From Chloroflexota bacterium (GTDB lineage Bacteria > Chloroflexota > Anaerolineae > DTLA01), in the NCBI GenBank assembly GCA_014874485.1, contig JADBJK010000015.1, positions 55,955 through 119,954 of the forward strand: 64,000 nucleotides of DNA. The letters run 5' to 3'. The notes beneath the pieces were generated by a model. That model was given only the letters and a program-made list of their open reading frames with translations. It had not been told where the DNA came from and made no database searches. Every line of letters starts with the position of its first letter. Position 1 is the stretch's first letter. This document shows, piece by piece, positions 27,330-36,702 of the stretch. The translations under genes were made by a program, and so were the position numbers.

Positions 27330-28373
27330 ATGGATCTGTTCGGCAAGGATTTGATCACAACCCAGGAATGGACCAAGGAAGAACTGGATGCCGTGCTGGA
27401 CCTGGCGGCGAAGATGAAGCGCGACCGCTTCAACCCGCGCTTCACCAGCCTGCTGCAGAACAAGACGTTCTTCATGTTCTTCTACAACCCGTCGGTGCGG
27501 ACGCGCCAGAGTTTTGAGTGCGCCGCCACCGAACTCGGCGGCCATGCCCAGTTCCTGGAGCCGAAGGCCATGCGCCTGAAGACGGCAACCAGCGCGGGCG
27601 AGACGGTGGAGGACGCCGCCAAAGTTATGGACCGCTACGCCGCGGGCCTGGGCATCCGCATCCTGGAGGACAAGATCGGCGCGTATGGCGAGGGCGACGA
27701 CCTCATCCGCGAGTACGCCTACTGGGCCCGAATGCCCGTCTTCTCCATGGCGCACGACAAGTATCACCCGTTCCAGGGCCTGGCCGACATCATGGGCTGG
27801 GCCGAATGGTACGGCAAAGGCCCAGGCCAGACGCTGGACATGAGCGTGCTCAAGGGCAAGAAACTGCTCGTTACCTGGGGGCACGGGGCACTGGCCCGCT
27901 CGTGGTGCTCGGTGCAGGAGGCGCTGCTCATCGGCTCCCGCTACGGGATGCACGTAACCCTGGCGCACCCCGAAGGGTATCCGCTGGATCCCCAGGTCAT
28001 TGAGTGGACGCGGGCCAACTGCCAGGCCAACGGCACCACGTTTGAGGAGACCACCGACGTGCGCGAGGGGTACGTGGGCGCGCATGTGGTGTACTCGCGC
28101 CACTGGATGAGCCCCGATGCGTACAAGGATGGCGAGTTCCTCAAGCAGCAGGAGATTGAGCGGGCGCTGAAACTCACCGAGTGGATTTGCGACGCCGAGA
28201 AGATGCGCCTGACCGACAACGCCATCTTCACCCATCCCATGCCCATTGACCGCGGCCACGAGGTTACCGACGAGGTCGCCAGCGGCCCGCGCTCGTGCAT
28301 CTACGACGTGGCCGAGAACCGCCTGCACGTGCAGAAGGCCGTCATGGCCCTGACCATGTCGGGCCTTCTGTAG
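27330..28373 (+). CDS. Carbamoyltransferase, OTC/ATC superfamily paralogue 2 (substrate unknown)
   Basis: It has SVRTRQSFE and HPFQGLADI, and HPMPIDRG in place of HCLP. It shares about 40% similarity with paralogue 1. Confidence 0.7.
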   Translation: MDLFGKDLITTQEWTKEELDAVLDLAAKMKRDRFNPRFTSLLQNKTFFMFFYNPSVRTRQSFECAATELGGHAQFLEPKAMRLKTATSAGETVEDAAKVMDRYAAGLGIRILEDKIGAYGEGDDLIREYAYWARMPVFSMAHDKYHPFQGLADIMGWAEWYGKGPGQTLDMSVLKGKKLLVTWGHGALARSWCSVQEALLIGSRYGMHVTLAHPEGYPLDPQVIEWTRANCQANGTTFEETTDVREGYVGAHVVYSRHWMSPDAYKDGEFLKQQEIERALKLTEWICDAEKMRLTDNAIFTHPMPIDRGHEVTDEVASGPRSCIYDVAENRLHVQKAVMALTMSGLL

Positions 28374-28407
28374 GCCATACCCATACCACACAAAGGAGTG
28401 CGTCGTT

Positions 28408-29352
28408 ATGACGAAGAAAGTCGCAGTGGTTGCCATCGGCGGCAACTCGCTCATCAAGGACAAGAATCATCAGACGGTTCCCGACCAGTACCAGGCCGCC
28501 AAGGAGACTTGCTACCACATCGCGGGCATGATTGAGCAGGGCTGGGATGTGGCCATCGGCCACGGCAACGGGCCGCAGGTGGGGTTCATCCTGCGCCGCA
28601 GCGAATTGGCCCGCCACGAACTGCACGAGGTGCCGCTGGACGTGTGCGGGGCCGATACCCAGGGCGCCATCGGCTACATGCTCCAGCAGAACTTGCAGAA
28701 CGAGTTCCTGCGACGCGGCATGAAGAAGCAGGCCGTTACCGTCGTTACGCAGGTGGTGGTGGATCGCAACGACCCCGCCTTCCAGAACCCGAGCAAGCCC
28801 ATCGGCTCGTTCATGACCGAGGAGGAGGCCAAGCGCCGCCGCGACCTGGAGGGCTGGCACGTGGTGGAGGATGCTGGGCGCGGCTGGCGGCGGGTTGTCC
28901 CGTCCCCCCTGCCGCAGAAGGTGAAGGAGCAGGACGCGGTTGAGGAGTTGCTCAGCAAGGGGTTCGTGGTGATCACCGTGGGCGGGGGCGGCATCCCCGT
29001 CGTGGAGAACGAGAAGGGCGAACTAGAGGGCGTCGCCGCGGTGATTGACAAGGACTACGCCTCGTCGCTCCTGGCCCGCAGCATCAAGGCCGACCTGTTC
29101 CTCATCTCCACCGCCGTGGAGAAGGTGTACCTGAATTACGGCAAGCCCGACCAGAAGGCCATTGACCGCATGACCGTGGCCGAGGCCAAGCAGTACATGG
29201 CCGAGGGCCACTTCGCCAAAGGCTCCATGCTCCCGAAGATTCAGGCCATCATCTGGTTCCTGGAGGCGGGCGGCAAGCAGGCCATCATCACCAACCCGGA
29301 GAACATTGAGCGCGCGCTGCGTGGTGAGACGGGCACGCTCATTGTTCCGTAG
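28408..29352 (+). CDS. arcC: Carbamate kinase
   Basis: It has an amino-acid-kinase fold (VVAIGGNSL...GHGNGPQVG) and a carbamate-kinase C-terminus (GSMLPKIQAI). Confidence 0.8.
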   Translation: MTKKVAVVAIGGNSLIKDKNHQTVPDQYQAAKETCYHIAGMIEQGWDVAIGHGNGPQVGFILRRSELARHELHEVPLDVCGADTQGAIGYMLQQNLQNEFLRRGMKKQAVTVVTQVVVDRNDPAFQNPSKPIGSFMTEEEAKRRRDLEGWHVVEDAGRGWRRVVPSPLPQKVKEQDAVEELLSKGFVVITVGGGGIPVVENEKGELEGVAAVIDKDYASSLLARSIKADLFLISTAVEKVYLNYGKPDQKAIDRMTVAEAKQYMAEGHFAKGSMLPKIQAIIWFLEAGGKQAIITNPENIERALRGETGTLIVP

Positions 29353-29452
29353 CGACTTCGCGCTACCGCATTCTGAAACGTCGGGGACAATGGGGTCTCC
29401 GGCGTTTCTCTTTTGCAGGGAGTGGGAAGGCGCACAGGGATTTTTGGTGGTA

Positions 29453-30082
29453 TGTCATTGCGAGGGGCGAAGCCCCGAAGCAATCCCTGGGACGTGAGAT
29501 TGCTTCGCTTCGCTCGCAATGACGGAGAAGGCACTTGCGACGCACCTCCGAGGTGCGTCGCAAGTGGGCCGACTGGATTGCTTCGCTTCGCTCGCAATGA
29601 CAGCAAAGGGGTTGTCATTGCGAGGGGCGCAGCCCCGAAGCAATCCCCGGGGCGCGAGATGGCTTCGCTTCGCTCGCAATGACGGAGAATGCACGTGCGA
29701 CGCACCTCCGAGGTGCGTCGCACGTGGGCCGACTGGATTGCTTCGCTTCGCTCGCAATGACAGCAAAGGGGTTGTCATTGCGAGGGGCGCAGCCCCGAAG
29801 CAATCCCCGGGGCGCGAGATGGCTTCGCTTCGCTCGCAATGACGGAGAATGCACGTGCGACGCACCTCCGAGGTGCGTCGCACGTGGGCCGACTGGATTG
29901 CTTCGCTTCGCTCGCAATGACAGCAAAGGGGTTGTCATTGCGAGGGGCGCAGCCCCGAAGCAATCCCCGGGGTGCGAGATTGCTTCGCTTCGCTCGCAAT
30001 GACGGAGAAGACACTTGCGACGCACCTCCGAGGTGCGTCGCAAGTGGGCCGACTGGATTGCTTCGCTTCGCTCGCAATGACA
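29453..30082. repeat. Tandem array of about four 160-bp composite units built from MITE-family modules (each unit has TGTCATTGCGAG termini and a 13-bp-stem hairpin CTTGCGACGCACCTC-CGAG-GTGCGTCGCAAG)
   Basis: The unit period is exactly 160 bp (29610/29770/29930). Units are near-identical and there are no unique spacers. Confidence 0.8.
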
Positions 30083-30102
30083 GGTGCCGCGCTGCATCCC
30101 CA

Positions 30103-31161
30103 TCACGGTTCCTCCAGCGCCGCCAGTTCCGTCAGCCTGGCCCAATCGTAGTTCTCGCGCCACAGGAAATAGCCGCCGAGGACGAAGATGGGGAGGTACA
30201 CGATGGCGTGAAGCACAATCCCGCACGCCAGGGCCAGCGCGGGGTCAACCCCGTACAGCCCCAGCGTGAGCACGCACAGGTAATGGAAAACGCCGATGCG
30301 CCCAGGCGACGACGGCACGATGATGCCGATGTTCAGGATGGCCAGCAGGAGCGGGGCCGCCGTCCACGGAAGGCGCAGGCCAAACGCCCAGAAGACGAGG
30401 GCGTTGGTGAGAATCATCAGCGCCCAGTTGCCCGCCGACCAGCACCAGAGCACCAGGTTCATGCGCAGGCTCTTGAGCGGGCGCAGGCTCAGCGCGGCCC
30501 GCTGCACCGCGCCCATGACCCCCAGCCGCCCCAGCCACGACTCGGGCCCCACCATCCGCACCACCCAGGCGGGCAGGCGGCCCTCCCACCGCGAGAGCGC
30601 CGTCATCGCCGCCAGGAGCACCACCATCCCGCCGCTCACGAAGAGCGACGACCCCTTGACCCACGACGGGAAGGGCATGAACACCGATGTTACCAGCACC
30701 ACCAGGAGCAGCATGAGGCTGTCCAGCGCCTTCTCCAGCACGATGGTGCCCAGCACATACGCGCCGCTGACGGATTCTATCCGCGCCAGCAGGTACGCCC
30801 GCGCGATCTCGCCCAGGCGCGCGGGAAGCGCCGCGTTGACCGCCTGGCCGATGTAGATGACGCTCATCAGTTTGCCGAGGCGCCGCTCCCTGTGTTCGGG
30901 GTAGAACAGGGCCTTCCAGCGGGCGGCTTTCACGGCCTGCGTCGCCAGGAACGCCGCCAGCGCCGCGCCCACCAGCCACGCATTCGCCTGGCGCAGGGCT
31001 TCCCACACCTCGCGCAGGTGCACCTGTCTGAAGGCGAGCCACAGGAACAGCACGCTCAACAGCGTGCCTGCGATGAGGCCCAGGTTCCGTCGCGTGCGGT
31101 TCGGGGATGCGGTGCGAATGGGTACCTCCTCGGCGCGCCCCGCGTCCTGGGGCGAGCGCAA
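30103..31161 (-). CDS. UPF0104/LPG-synthase-TM (flippase-like) integral membrane protein
   Basis: It has 7-8 predicted TM helices and the conserved GRIGVFHY region. Confidence 0.55.
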   Translation of the reverse strand: MRSPQDAGRAEEVPIRTASPNRTRRNLGLIAGTLLSVLFLWLAFRQVHLREVWEALRQANAWLVGAALAAFLATQAVKAARWKALFYPEHRERRLGKLMSVIYIGQAVNAALPARLGEIARAYLLARIESVSGAYVLGTIVLEKALDSLMLLLVVLVTSVFMPFPSWVKGSSLFVSGGMVVLLAAMTALSRWEGRLPAWVVRMVGPESWLGRLGVMGAVQRAALSLRPLKSLRMNLVLWCWSAGNWALMILTNALVFWAFGLRLPWTAAPLLLAILNIGIIVPSSPGRIGVFHYLCVLTLGLYGVDPALALACGIVLHAIVYLPIFVLGGYFLWRENYDWARLTELAALEEP

Positions 31162-31266
31162 CGGAGCCCGATTGTACCCGCGGGCCAGGCGCGTGTCAAA
31201 AGCACGCCGATTTGACAGAAGGCCCCGCCTGCGATAACCTCACCTACCACCTGGAGGCAGGAGTCC

Positions 31267-32220
31267 ATGCGGTCATCCACCCACAAACGATTGTTGGTTG
31301 CGGCGCTGTGTTGCACGGCGATGATTTCGGCGTGCAGCGCCGCAACCCGCCAGGCCCCTACCCCCACGCCGTCGCCCACGCCCACGGCCATGCCTACGGC
31401 GACGGCCACGCAGCCCATGCCAACGGCCACGCCTGCCCCCACGTGCACGCCGTGCCCGTCGCCCGTGCCCACCGACACGCCCGTGCCGACGCCCACCCCG
31501 ACGCCGTGGCCCACGCCCGACGGCATCGCCCGCACGGCCTACGTGCCCATCCTGATGTATCACTACATCTCCGTGCCGCCGAAGAACGCCGATGCAATCC
31601 GCCGCGACCTGTCGGTGTCGCCCGCCGCCTTTGAGGAACAACTGCGCTACCTCAAAGACCATGGCTACCAGACCATCAGCCTCTACGACCTGAACCGCCA
31701 CTTGCAGCGGGGCGATCCCCTGCCCGAGAAGCCCGTCATCCTCACGTTTGACGATGGCTACCGCGACAACTTTGACTTTGCGTTCCCGCTGTTGGTGAAA
31801 TACGGGTTCACGGGGACGTTCTTCCTGGTAACCGAACCCATTGACCGCGGCGACGAGGCGTACCTGACCTGGCCGCAGGTAACCGTCATGAGCCGCATGG
31901 GCATGGACATGGAGCCGCATACCTATACCCACCCCGACCTCACCAACAAGCCCGTGGACTACATCGTGTGGCAAGTCATCGGCTCCAAAGAGGCCATTGA
32001 GGAGCGCACGGGCAAGACCTGCCGCTTCTTCGCCTACCCGTCGGGGCAGTACGACCAGAGGGTTGTGGATGTGCTGAAGTCCGCGTATTTCTGGGGCGCG
32101 GTGGTATCCCAGGCGGGCGCGACCCACACGTCCGACGGGATGTTCGCCCTCAAGCGGGTGCGGGTTCGCGGCTCGGATACCCTGGAGCAGTTCGCCCAGA
32201 AACTGACCTGGGACTGGTAG
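31267..32220 (+). CDS. Polysaccharide deacetylase (CE4/NodB) lipoprotein with PT-rich linker
   Basis: It has a signal peptide with a lipobox (MISAC), a PTPTPSPTPT linker, and the NodB motifs TFDDGY and HTYTHPDL. Confidence 0.75.
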   Translation: MRSSTHKRLLVAALCCTAMISACSAATRQAPTPTPSPTPTAMPTATATQPMPTATPAPTCTPCPSPVPTDTPVPTPTPTPWPTPDGIARTAYVPILMYHYISVPPKNADAIRRDLSVSPAAFEEQLRYLKDHGYQTISLYDLNRHLQRGDPLPEKPVILTFDDGYRDNFDFAFPLLVKYGFTGTFFLVTEPIDRGDEAYLTWPQVTVMSRMGMDMEPHTYTHPDLTNKPVDYIVWQVIGSKEAIEERTGKTCRFFAYPSGQYDQRVVDVLKSAYFWGAVVSQAGATHTSDGMFALKRVRVRGSDTLEQFAQKLTWDW

Positions 32221-32221
32221 G

Positions 32222-33913
32222 ATGTTCTTTGACGCGCTGACGCTCGCGGCGGTGGTGCAGGAGATTCGGGAGCGCGCGCTGGGCGGGCGAGTCCAGTCGG
32301 TCGTGCAGCCCGACCCGCTGACGGTGACGCTGGAACTCTACGCGGGACAGGCCCGCCACGACCTGGTGCTCTCGGCGCAGGCTTCCCATCCCCGCGTGCA
32401 CTTCGCCGCCGAGAAGCCTCGCCGCGGCACCGAGACGCCATCCCCCCTGCTGCTGCAAATGCGCAAACTGCTCGTGGGCGCGCGGCTCGCCGACGTGCAT
32501 CGGCCCGCCTGGGAGCGCATCCTGCACTTGCGGTTTGAGCGCGGCGGCGAAACGCTCACGCTCATCGCGGAAATCATGGGCAAGCACAGCAACGTCATCC
32601 TGGTTGCTGCCGAGGGCACGATTCTGGAATGCGTCAAGCGCGTGGGGCCCGACGTGAACCGCTACCGCGTGGTGTTGCCCAACCGCGCCTACGTCCCGCC
32701 GCCCGCGCAAAGCCGCCTGCCCCTGCCCGAATGGGACGAGGAGCGACTGGCCCGACTGCTCCAGGAGCACGCCGACAAGTCGGTGGAGCGGGCGCTCGTC
32801 GGCGCGGTGCAGGGGTTGAGCCCGCTGGCCGCCCGCGAGGCGCTGGCGCGGGCAGGTAGTGCCGACCCCGCCCGAATCCTGCGGGCGCTCGGCGAACTGT
32901 TCGCGCCCGTGGAGACAGGCCGCTGGTCGCCGAGCGTGGGGTTCCAGGATGGCGCGGCAGCCGCCTACGCGCCCTATGAACTTACCCACCTGGGCGAGTG
33001 GAAGCCTGCGCCGTCCATCAGCGTGGCGATAGAGACCTACCGCGCGGCCCAGGAGACCGCCGACCCCTACGCGGCGGCGCGCGCTTCGGTGCGCAAACTG
33101 TTGGATGAGGCCGCGAACCTTGTCGCCCGACGCAGGCAGGCGCTGGAGCGCGAGTTGCCCTCCTCGGACGAGGTCAACCGCCTTCTGGAATGCGGCCAGG
33201 TGCTCCTCGCCCACCTGGGCGAAATTCGCAAAGGCCACACCCAGGTGGCCCTGCCCGACCTCTCGGGCCAGCCGCTGACCGTTGACCTGAACCCCGACGA
33301 GACCCCGCTGGAGAACGCGCAGCGATACTTCAAGGCGTACCAGAAGGCGCGCGCTGCGCTAAAAGAAGTCCCGCAGCGGCTGGAATCCCTGGCAGCGGAG
33401 GAAGCCTACCTGGCCCAGTTGAGCGCCGACCTAGCCATGGCGACGACGCGGCCAGAGATTGACGAAGTGGCAGCGGCCCTCGCCGAGGCGGGATACGTCC
33501 GCGAGCGCACGCGGCCGCGTTCACGGCCACGCCCCGCAAAGCCGCTCACGGTGCGCTCCCCCGACGGCTTCACGGTGCTGGTGGGGCGCAACAGCCGCCA
33601 GAATGAGGAAGTTACGTTCCGCATGGCCGCGCCCGACGACCTCTGGCTGCACGTGCGCGGGCTGCCTGGGGCGCACGTCGTCATCCGCAGCGGAGGGCGC
33701 GCCGTGCCCGAGGCCACGCTGGAGTTCGCGGCCCGATTGGCGGCCTACCACTCGTCGGCCCGCGGCGAGCCTTCCGTCCAGGTGGACTGGACGCAGCGGA
33801 AGCATGTGCGGCGACTCCCAGGCGGCAGGCCAGGGATGGTGCGCTACTCGCACGAGCAGTCCGTCGTCGTGCCCGCGGCCCTCCCCGACGAGGACGAGCC
33901 CTGGGAACAGTAG
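32222..33913 (+). CDS. rqcH: RqcH/NFACT-family (FbpA-like) ribosome quality control protein
   Basis: It has an NFACT-N region (KHSNVILV) and a C-terminal NFACT-R/DUF814 (VLVGRNSRQNEEVTF...HVRGLPGAHVVI). Confidence 0.7.
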   Translation: MFFDALTLAAVVQEIRERALGGRVQSVVQPDPLTVTLELYAGQARHDLVLSAQASHPRVHFAAEKPRRGTETPSPLLLQMRKLLVGARLADVHRPAWERILHLRFERGGETLTLIAEIMGKHSNVILVAAEGTILECVKRVGPDVNRYRVVLPNRAYVPPPAQSRLPLPEWDEERLARLLQEHADKSVERALVGAVQGLSPLAAREALARAGSADPARILRALGELFAPVETGRWSPSVGFQDGAAAAYAPYELTHLGEWKPAPSISVAIETYRAAQETADPYAAARASVRKLLDEAANLVARRRQALERELPSSDEVNRLLECGQVLLAHLGEIRKGHTQVALPDLSGQPLTVDLNPDETPLENAQRYFKAYQKARAALKEVPQRLESLAAEEAYLAQLSADLAMATTRPEIDEVAAALAEAGYVRERTRPRSRPRPAKPLTVRSPDGFTVLVGRNSRQNEEVTFRMAAPDDLWLHVRGLPGAHVVIRSGGRAVPEATLEFAARLAAYHSSARGEPSVQVDWTQRKHVRRLPGGRPGMVRYSHEQSVVVPAALPDEDEPWEQ

Positions 33914-34022
33914 CCTGGCATGGTCCGAGGTATGCCGCGGAGAAAGCGAAGCACACCCTAACACAGGGGTGTGCTCCCCGAGGATTGACCCGATTTGGCC
34001 GAGCGCTTTGGGGTGCGCTGGG

Positions 34023-34253
34023 CTACTCCACCTTGATCTGCGTCCGCTTCTTGGGGGTTTCTTCGGTGCGCTCAATGGCCGCGTCAATCAGACTGCGATA
34101 GGCCAGGAGCGCCTCTTTCCGAGCCGCCCTGATATGCTTGTGGAACTCTTCGGGGAAGAGCGCCTTTCGGCTTTGCCGAATGCCCCGAATGCCCTCGCGC
34201 ACCCAATCCTCAAAGACGAACTCTTTCTCTTTCGCTTCTGTCATGGCACCCAC
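34023..34253 (-). CDS. Small hypothetical protein (76 aa from the internal ATG with RBS GGAGGTG)
   Basis: The ORF has a good RBS but no recognisable family. Confidence 0.3.
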   Translation of the reverse strand: MGAMTEAKEKEFVFEDWVREGIRGIRQSRKALFPEEFHKHIRAARKEALLAYRSLIDAAIERTEETPKKRTQIKVE

Positions 34254-34432
34254 CTCCCTGCTGATCAGGTACCTTACCGACATCTCTATTGTACCCCAAA
34301 ACTCCGTTTTGCGCAAGGGCTAACCCACGGGCGGTGCATTTCAGTTTGGGGGCAAGCCTGCGGCAATTGACACCTCTTTCGCCGCCTGATGTACAGCGAT
34401 GGGTCTGCTGACCTCACCTGACCCCTCCCGCA

Positions 34433-34474
34433 CCCTCCCCTTTCCTCTCCGCAGGCGGAGAGGAAAGGGGAGGG
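34433..34474. repeat. Perfect 20-bp inverted repeat (CCCTCCCCTTTCCTCTCCGC-AG-GCGGAGAGGAAAGGGGAGGG)
   Basis: The two arms are exactly complementary. The repeat lies just downstream of the minus-strand ABC/DUF4340 operon. Confidence 0.7.
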
Positions 34475-34545
34475 CCAGGGTGGGGATAGGTGAGGTAGAT
34501 TCTGCTCGGCAGCCCGACGGCTCGCAGCCCCCATCCCCCGACCGC

Positions 34546-35157
34546 CTACGGCGCGACGGTCGGCGTCGCCGTGGGAACGGGCGATGCCGACGGCGTGGGC
34601 GTTACGGTCGGCGTGGGGGTAGGCGTCGGCTTCTTGGGCGGTTCAGCGACGATTTGCTCCAGGTTGCTGATGCCCCACGAGTACACCAGGTGCACCTCTG
34701 GGCGGTCATCGGCCATCATGTACCGATACGTCCCCGTGGGGTTCTGGTCGCCCACCCGCAGCGTGTGGCTCGCGCCGTCCGCCAGCGTGAGCGTTACCGT
34801 CATGGTCGGCGTCGCAAGGCCGTAGTCCGCCAGGTCCAGCGTGCCGCTGAGGGTACGCGTGGAGCGCAGGGTAACCAGGTCGTTCAGCGCGCCCGCCACG
34901 CGGTTTGCGTCGGCCTCGTACACAATAGGCTCGCGGATCCACCACGTCTGGTCTTCGGTGCGCTCAAGGACGAGTTTCTGGCCGTCGCGCTTCACCGCCT
35001 CCAGGCGGGTGATGGCATCCTGCGGGATGTCCCACAGCGCCACCGTCTGGGCGTCTTCCTGCGGCGCTTGCTTGGACTTGGGCACCTCCACCAGGAAGAC
35101 GTAGGCCGCGAGCACAACCAGAACGGCGAACAGGATGAGCGTGTTGCGCGGTTTCAT
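34546..35157 (-). CDS. DUF4340-domain protein (partner of GldG-like ABC auxiliary components)
   Basis: It has an N-terminal TM segment and a PT-rich C-terminal tail. It sits downstream of the GldG-like gene. Confidence 0.55.
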   Translation of the reverse strand: MKPRNTLILFAVLVVLAAYVFLVEVPKSKQAPQEDAQTVALWDIPQDAITRLEAVKRDGQKLVLERTEDQTWWIREPIVYEADANRVAGALNDLVTLRSTRTLSGTLDLADYGLATPTMTVTLTLADGASHTLRVGDQNPTGTYRYMMADDRPEVHLVYSWGISNLEQIVAEPPKKPTPTPTPTVTPTPSASPVPTATPTVAP

Positions 35158-35178
35158 GTCGCCCCTCCCTGGCCAACG

Positions 35179-36702
35179 CTACCGCCGCCGCCACCAGATG
35201 ACCAGACCGATGATCAGCACCGCCGCGGGCAGGACCAGGGCGCTGCTGTACAGGATGATCCGCATCTGAGCAGGCGTGAGGAACACAGTCCGCACGTCCG
35301 AGGTCTTGGGGCTGATGGCGATGAGCGACTCTTCCTCGGCCAGCCAGTTGACGGCGTTGATGAACAGGTCGGCGTTGCCGAAAGCGCCGCGCACCGAGTT
35401 CAGCACGCTGTTGGCCACGAAGTCCGAGTCGCCGACCAGCACCAGCCGCGTCTTGCCCTTCTGCACCTGCGCCATGAGGGTGAGCGGGCCTGCCACGTCC
35501 GCGTCATCGCGCTGCACCTGGCGCTGGGTCAGGTTGGTTTCGCCCCAACTCTGATCGCTGGTCGTGATCAGGTCGGTGATGGTAGCCCCCTCTGGCGCGT
35601 TGGCCGTGCGCTCTATGGACCGCGCGTAGGGGAAGAAACTCGTCAGCCCCGTCATGTCCTTGGTAATCATGCTGTACGGATAGCGGGTCGTGAGCGGCGT
35701 CAGCGGGTCGCCGAAGAAACTGCTGTACAGGTCCACCACCAGGTCGTTGCGGAAGCGCACGCCATACGGCTCCAGAACCGCATTGAGGTCCACGTTCGCG
35801 GCGGGGTCCAGCAGCACCAGGAGTTTGCCGCCGCCGTCCAGGTACGCGGACAGGGTCTTGCGCTCGTCCTCGGCGTAGTCCATCTGCGGGCCTGCGACGA
35901 TGAGGGCGGCCGCGTCCGACGGGATGGTGCTGGTCATGGCCAGGTTCAGCGTCCCCACCTTGTAGTTGTTCTTCTCCAGCAGCGACTTGATGGCGCTGAA
36001 CCCATCGTCGGCGTAGCCTTCGGGATTCCGCTCCTTGTGGCCCGTGATGAAATAGACGCCTTTCTCCTCGTCGCGCGAGACCTTGAGGATGGCGCTGGTA
36101 ATGCTCTGCTCGTCGGTGCTGAAGATATCCTGGCGGCGGTTGCCCCGCTCAAAGACGATAGTCCCGTAACTGGTAATGCCGTACTGACGGGCCACGGCGG
36201 GCTTCTGGTCGGGGTCCACCAGTTCCAGCGACAGTTTGTCCGTGTGGTACATGTACTCGGCCAGCAAGTCCTTCAGGTTCGCCTGGGTGCCATCGGAAAC
36301 CGAATAGAACGCCGTGATCTTGACGGGCTCCTTGAGGTCCTTGAGAATCTGAATCGTCTGGCTGGACAGCGAGTACTGCTTCGTGCCCGTTAGGTCCCAG
36401 CGCGCGTGGTGCCGATTGCCGAGGAAGTTGACCAGGGCCAGGATGGCCAGCAGGGTGAGGCTTGCGGCCAGGGCGTTGGAGCCATAGCGCGCCCGTCGGC
36501 CCGTGAGCGCCCGACGTACCTCGGCGGGACGGCCCAGCGCCGCAGCCAGCAGCAGGACCGCACCCAGCGCCACAACGGCCCCAGGAATCCAGTGCATCTT
36601 GCCCATGAACAGGGCAGCGACCAGCCCCGCGGCGACCGCAAACAGGCCCGCGTAGGCAATCTTGCTGCTCCAACGAGAGAGACGTTCGCGGATCATCGCC
36701 AC
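35179..36702 (-). CDS. GldG-like ABC-transporter auxiliary component
   Basis: The 507-aa product has N- and C-terminal TM anchors and a large periplasmic domain. It sits in the GldA/GldF/GldG gene order. Confidence 0.6.
   Translation of the reverse strand: MAMIRERLSRWSSKIAYAGLFAVAAGLVAALFMGKMHWIPGAVVALGAVLLLAAALGRPAEVRRALTGRRARYGSNALAASLTLLAILALVNFLGNRHHARWDLTGTKQYSLSSQTIQILKDLKEPVKITAFYSVSDGTQANLKDLLAEYMYHTDKLSLELVDPDQKPAVARQYGITSYGTIVFERGNRRQDIFSTDEQSITSAILKVSRDEEKGVYFITGHKERNPEGYADDGFSAIKSLLEKNNYKVGTLNLAMTSTIPSDAAALIVAGPQMDYAEDERKTLSAYLDGGGKLLVLLDPAANVDLNAVLEPYGVRFRNDLVVDLYSSFFGDPLTPLTTRYPYSMITKDMTGLTSFFPYARSIERTANAPEGATITDLITTSDQSWGETNLTQRQVQRDDADVAGPLTLMAQVQKGKTRLVLVGDSDFVANSVLNSVRGAFGNADLFINAVNWLAEEESLIAISPKTSDVRTVFLTPAQMRIILYSSALVLPAAVLIIGLVIWWRRR

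Noticed and set aside
29453-30082. Possible CRISPR array (regular short palindromic repeats)
   Set aside because: The whole 160-bp unit repeats, including the would-be spacers. There are no unique spacer sequences and no cas genes. The same applies to the 41579..42066 and 53478..54475 arrays.
29241-30226. Cluster of overlapping ORFs on both strands (e.g. 29241..29723, 29455..29883, 29615..30226, 29519..29842) with repetitive products (MRRTSEVRRTCILRHCERSEAISRPGDCFGAAPLAMT…, MTENARATHLRGASHVGRLDCFASLAMTAKG…)
   Set aside because: These are translations of the 160-bp tandem repeat array in different frames. The identical peptides recur in every repeat copy across the window (10.3 kb, 40.0 kb, 44.6 kb, 46.2 kb, 57.2 kb), and there is no RBS or start context.
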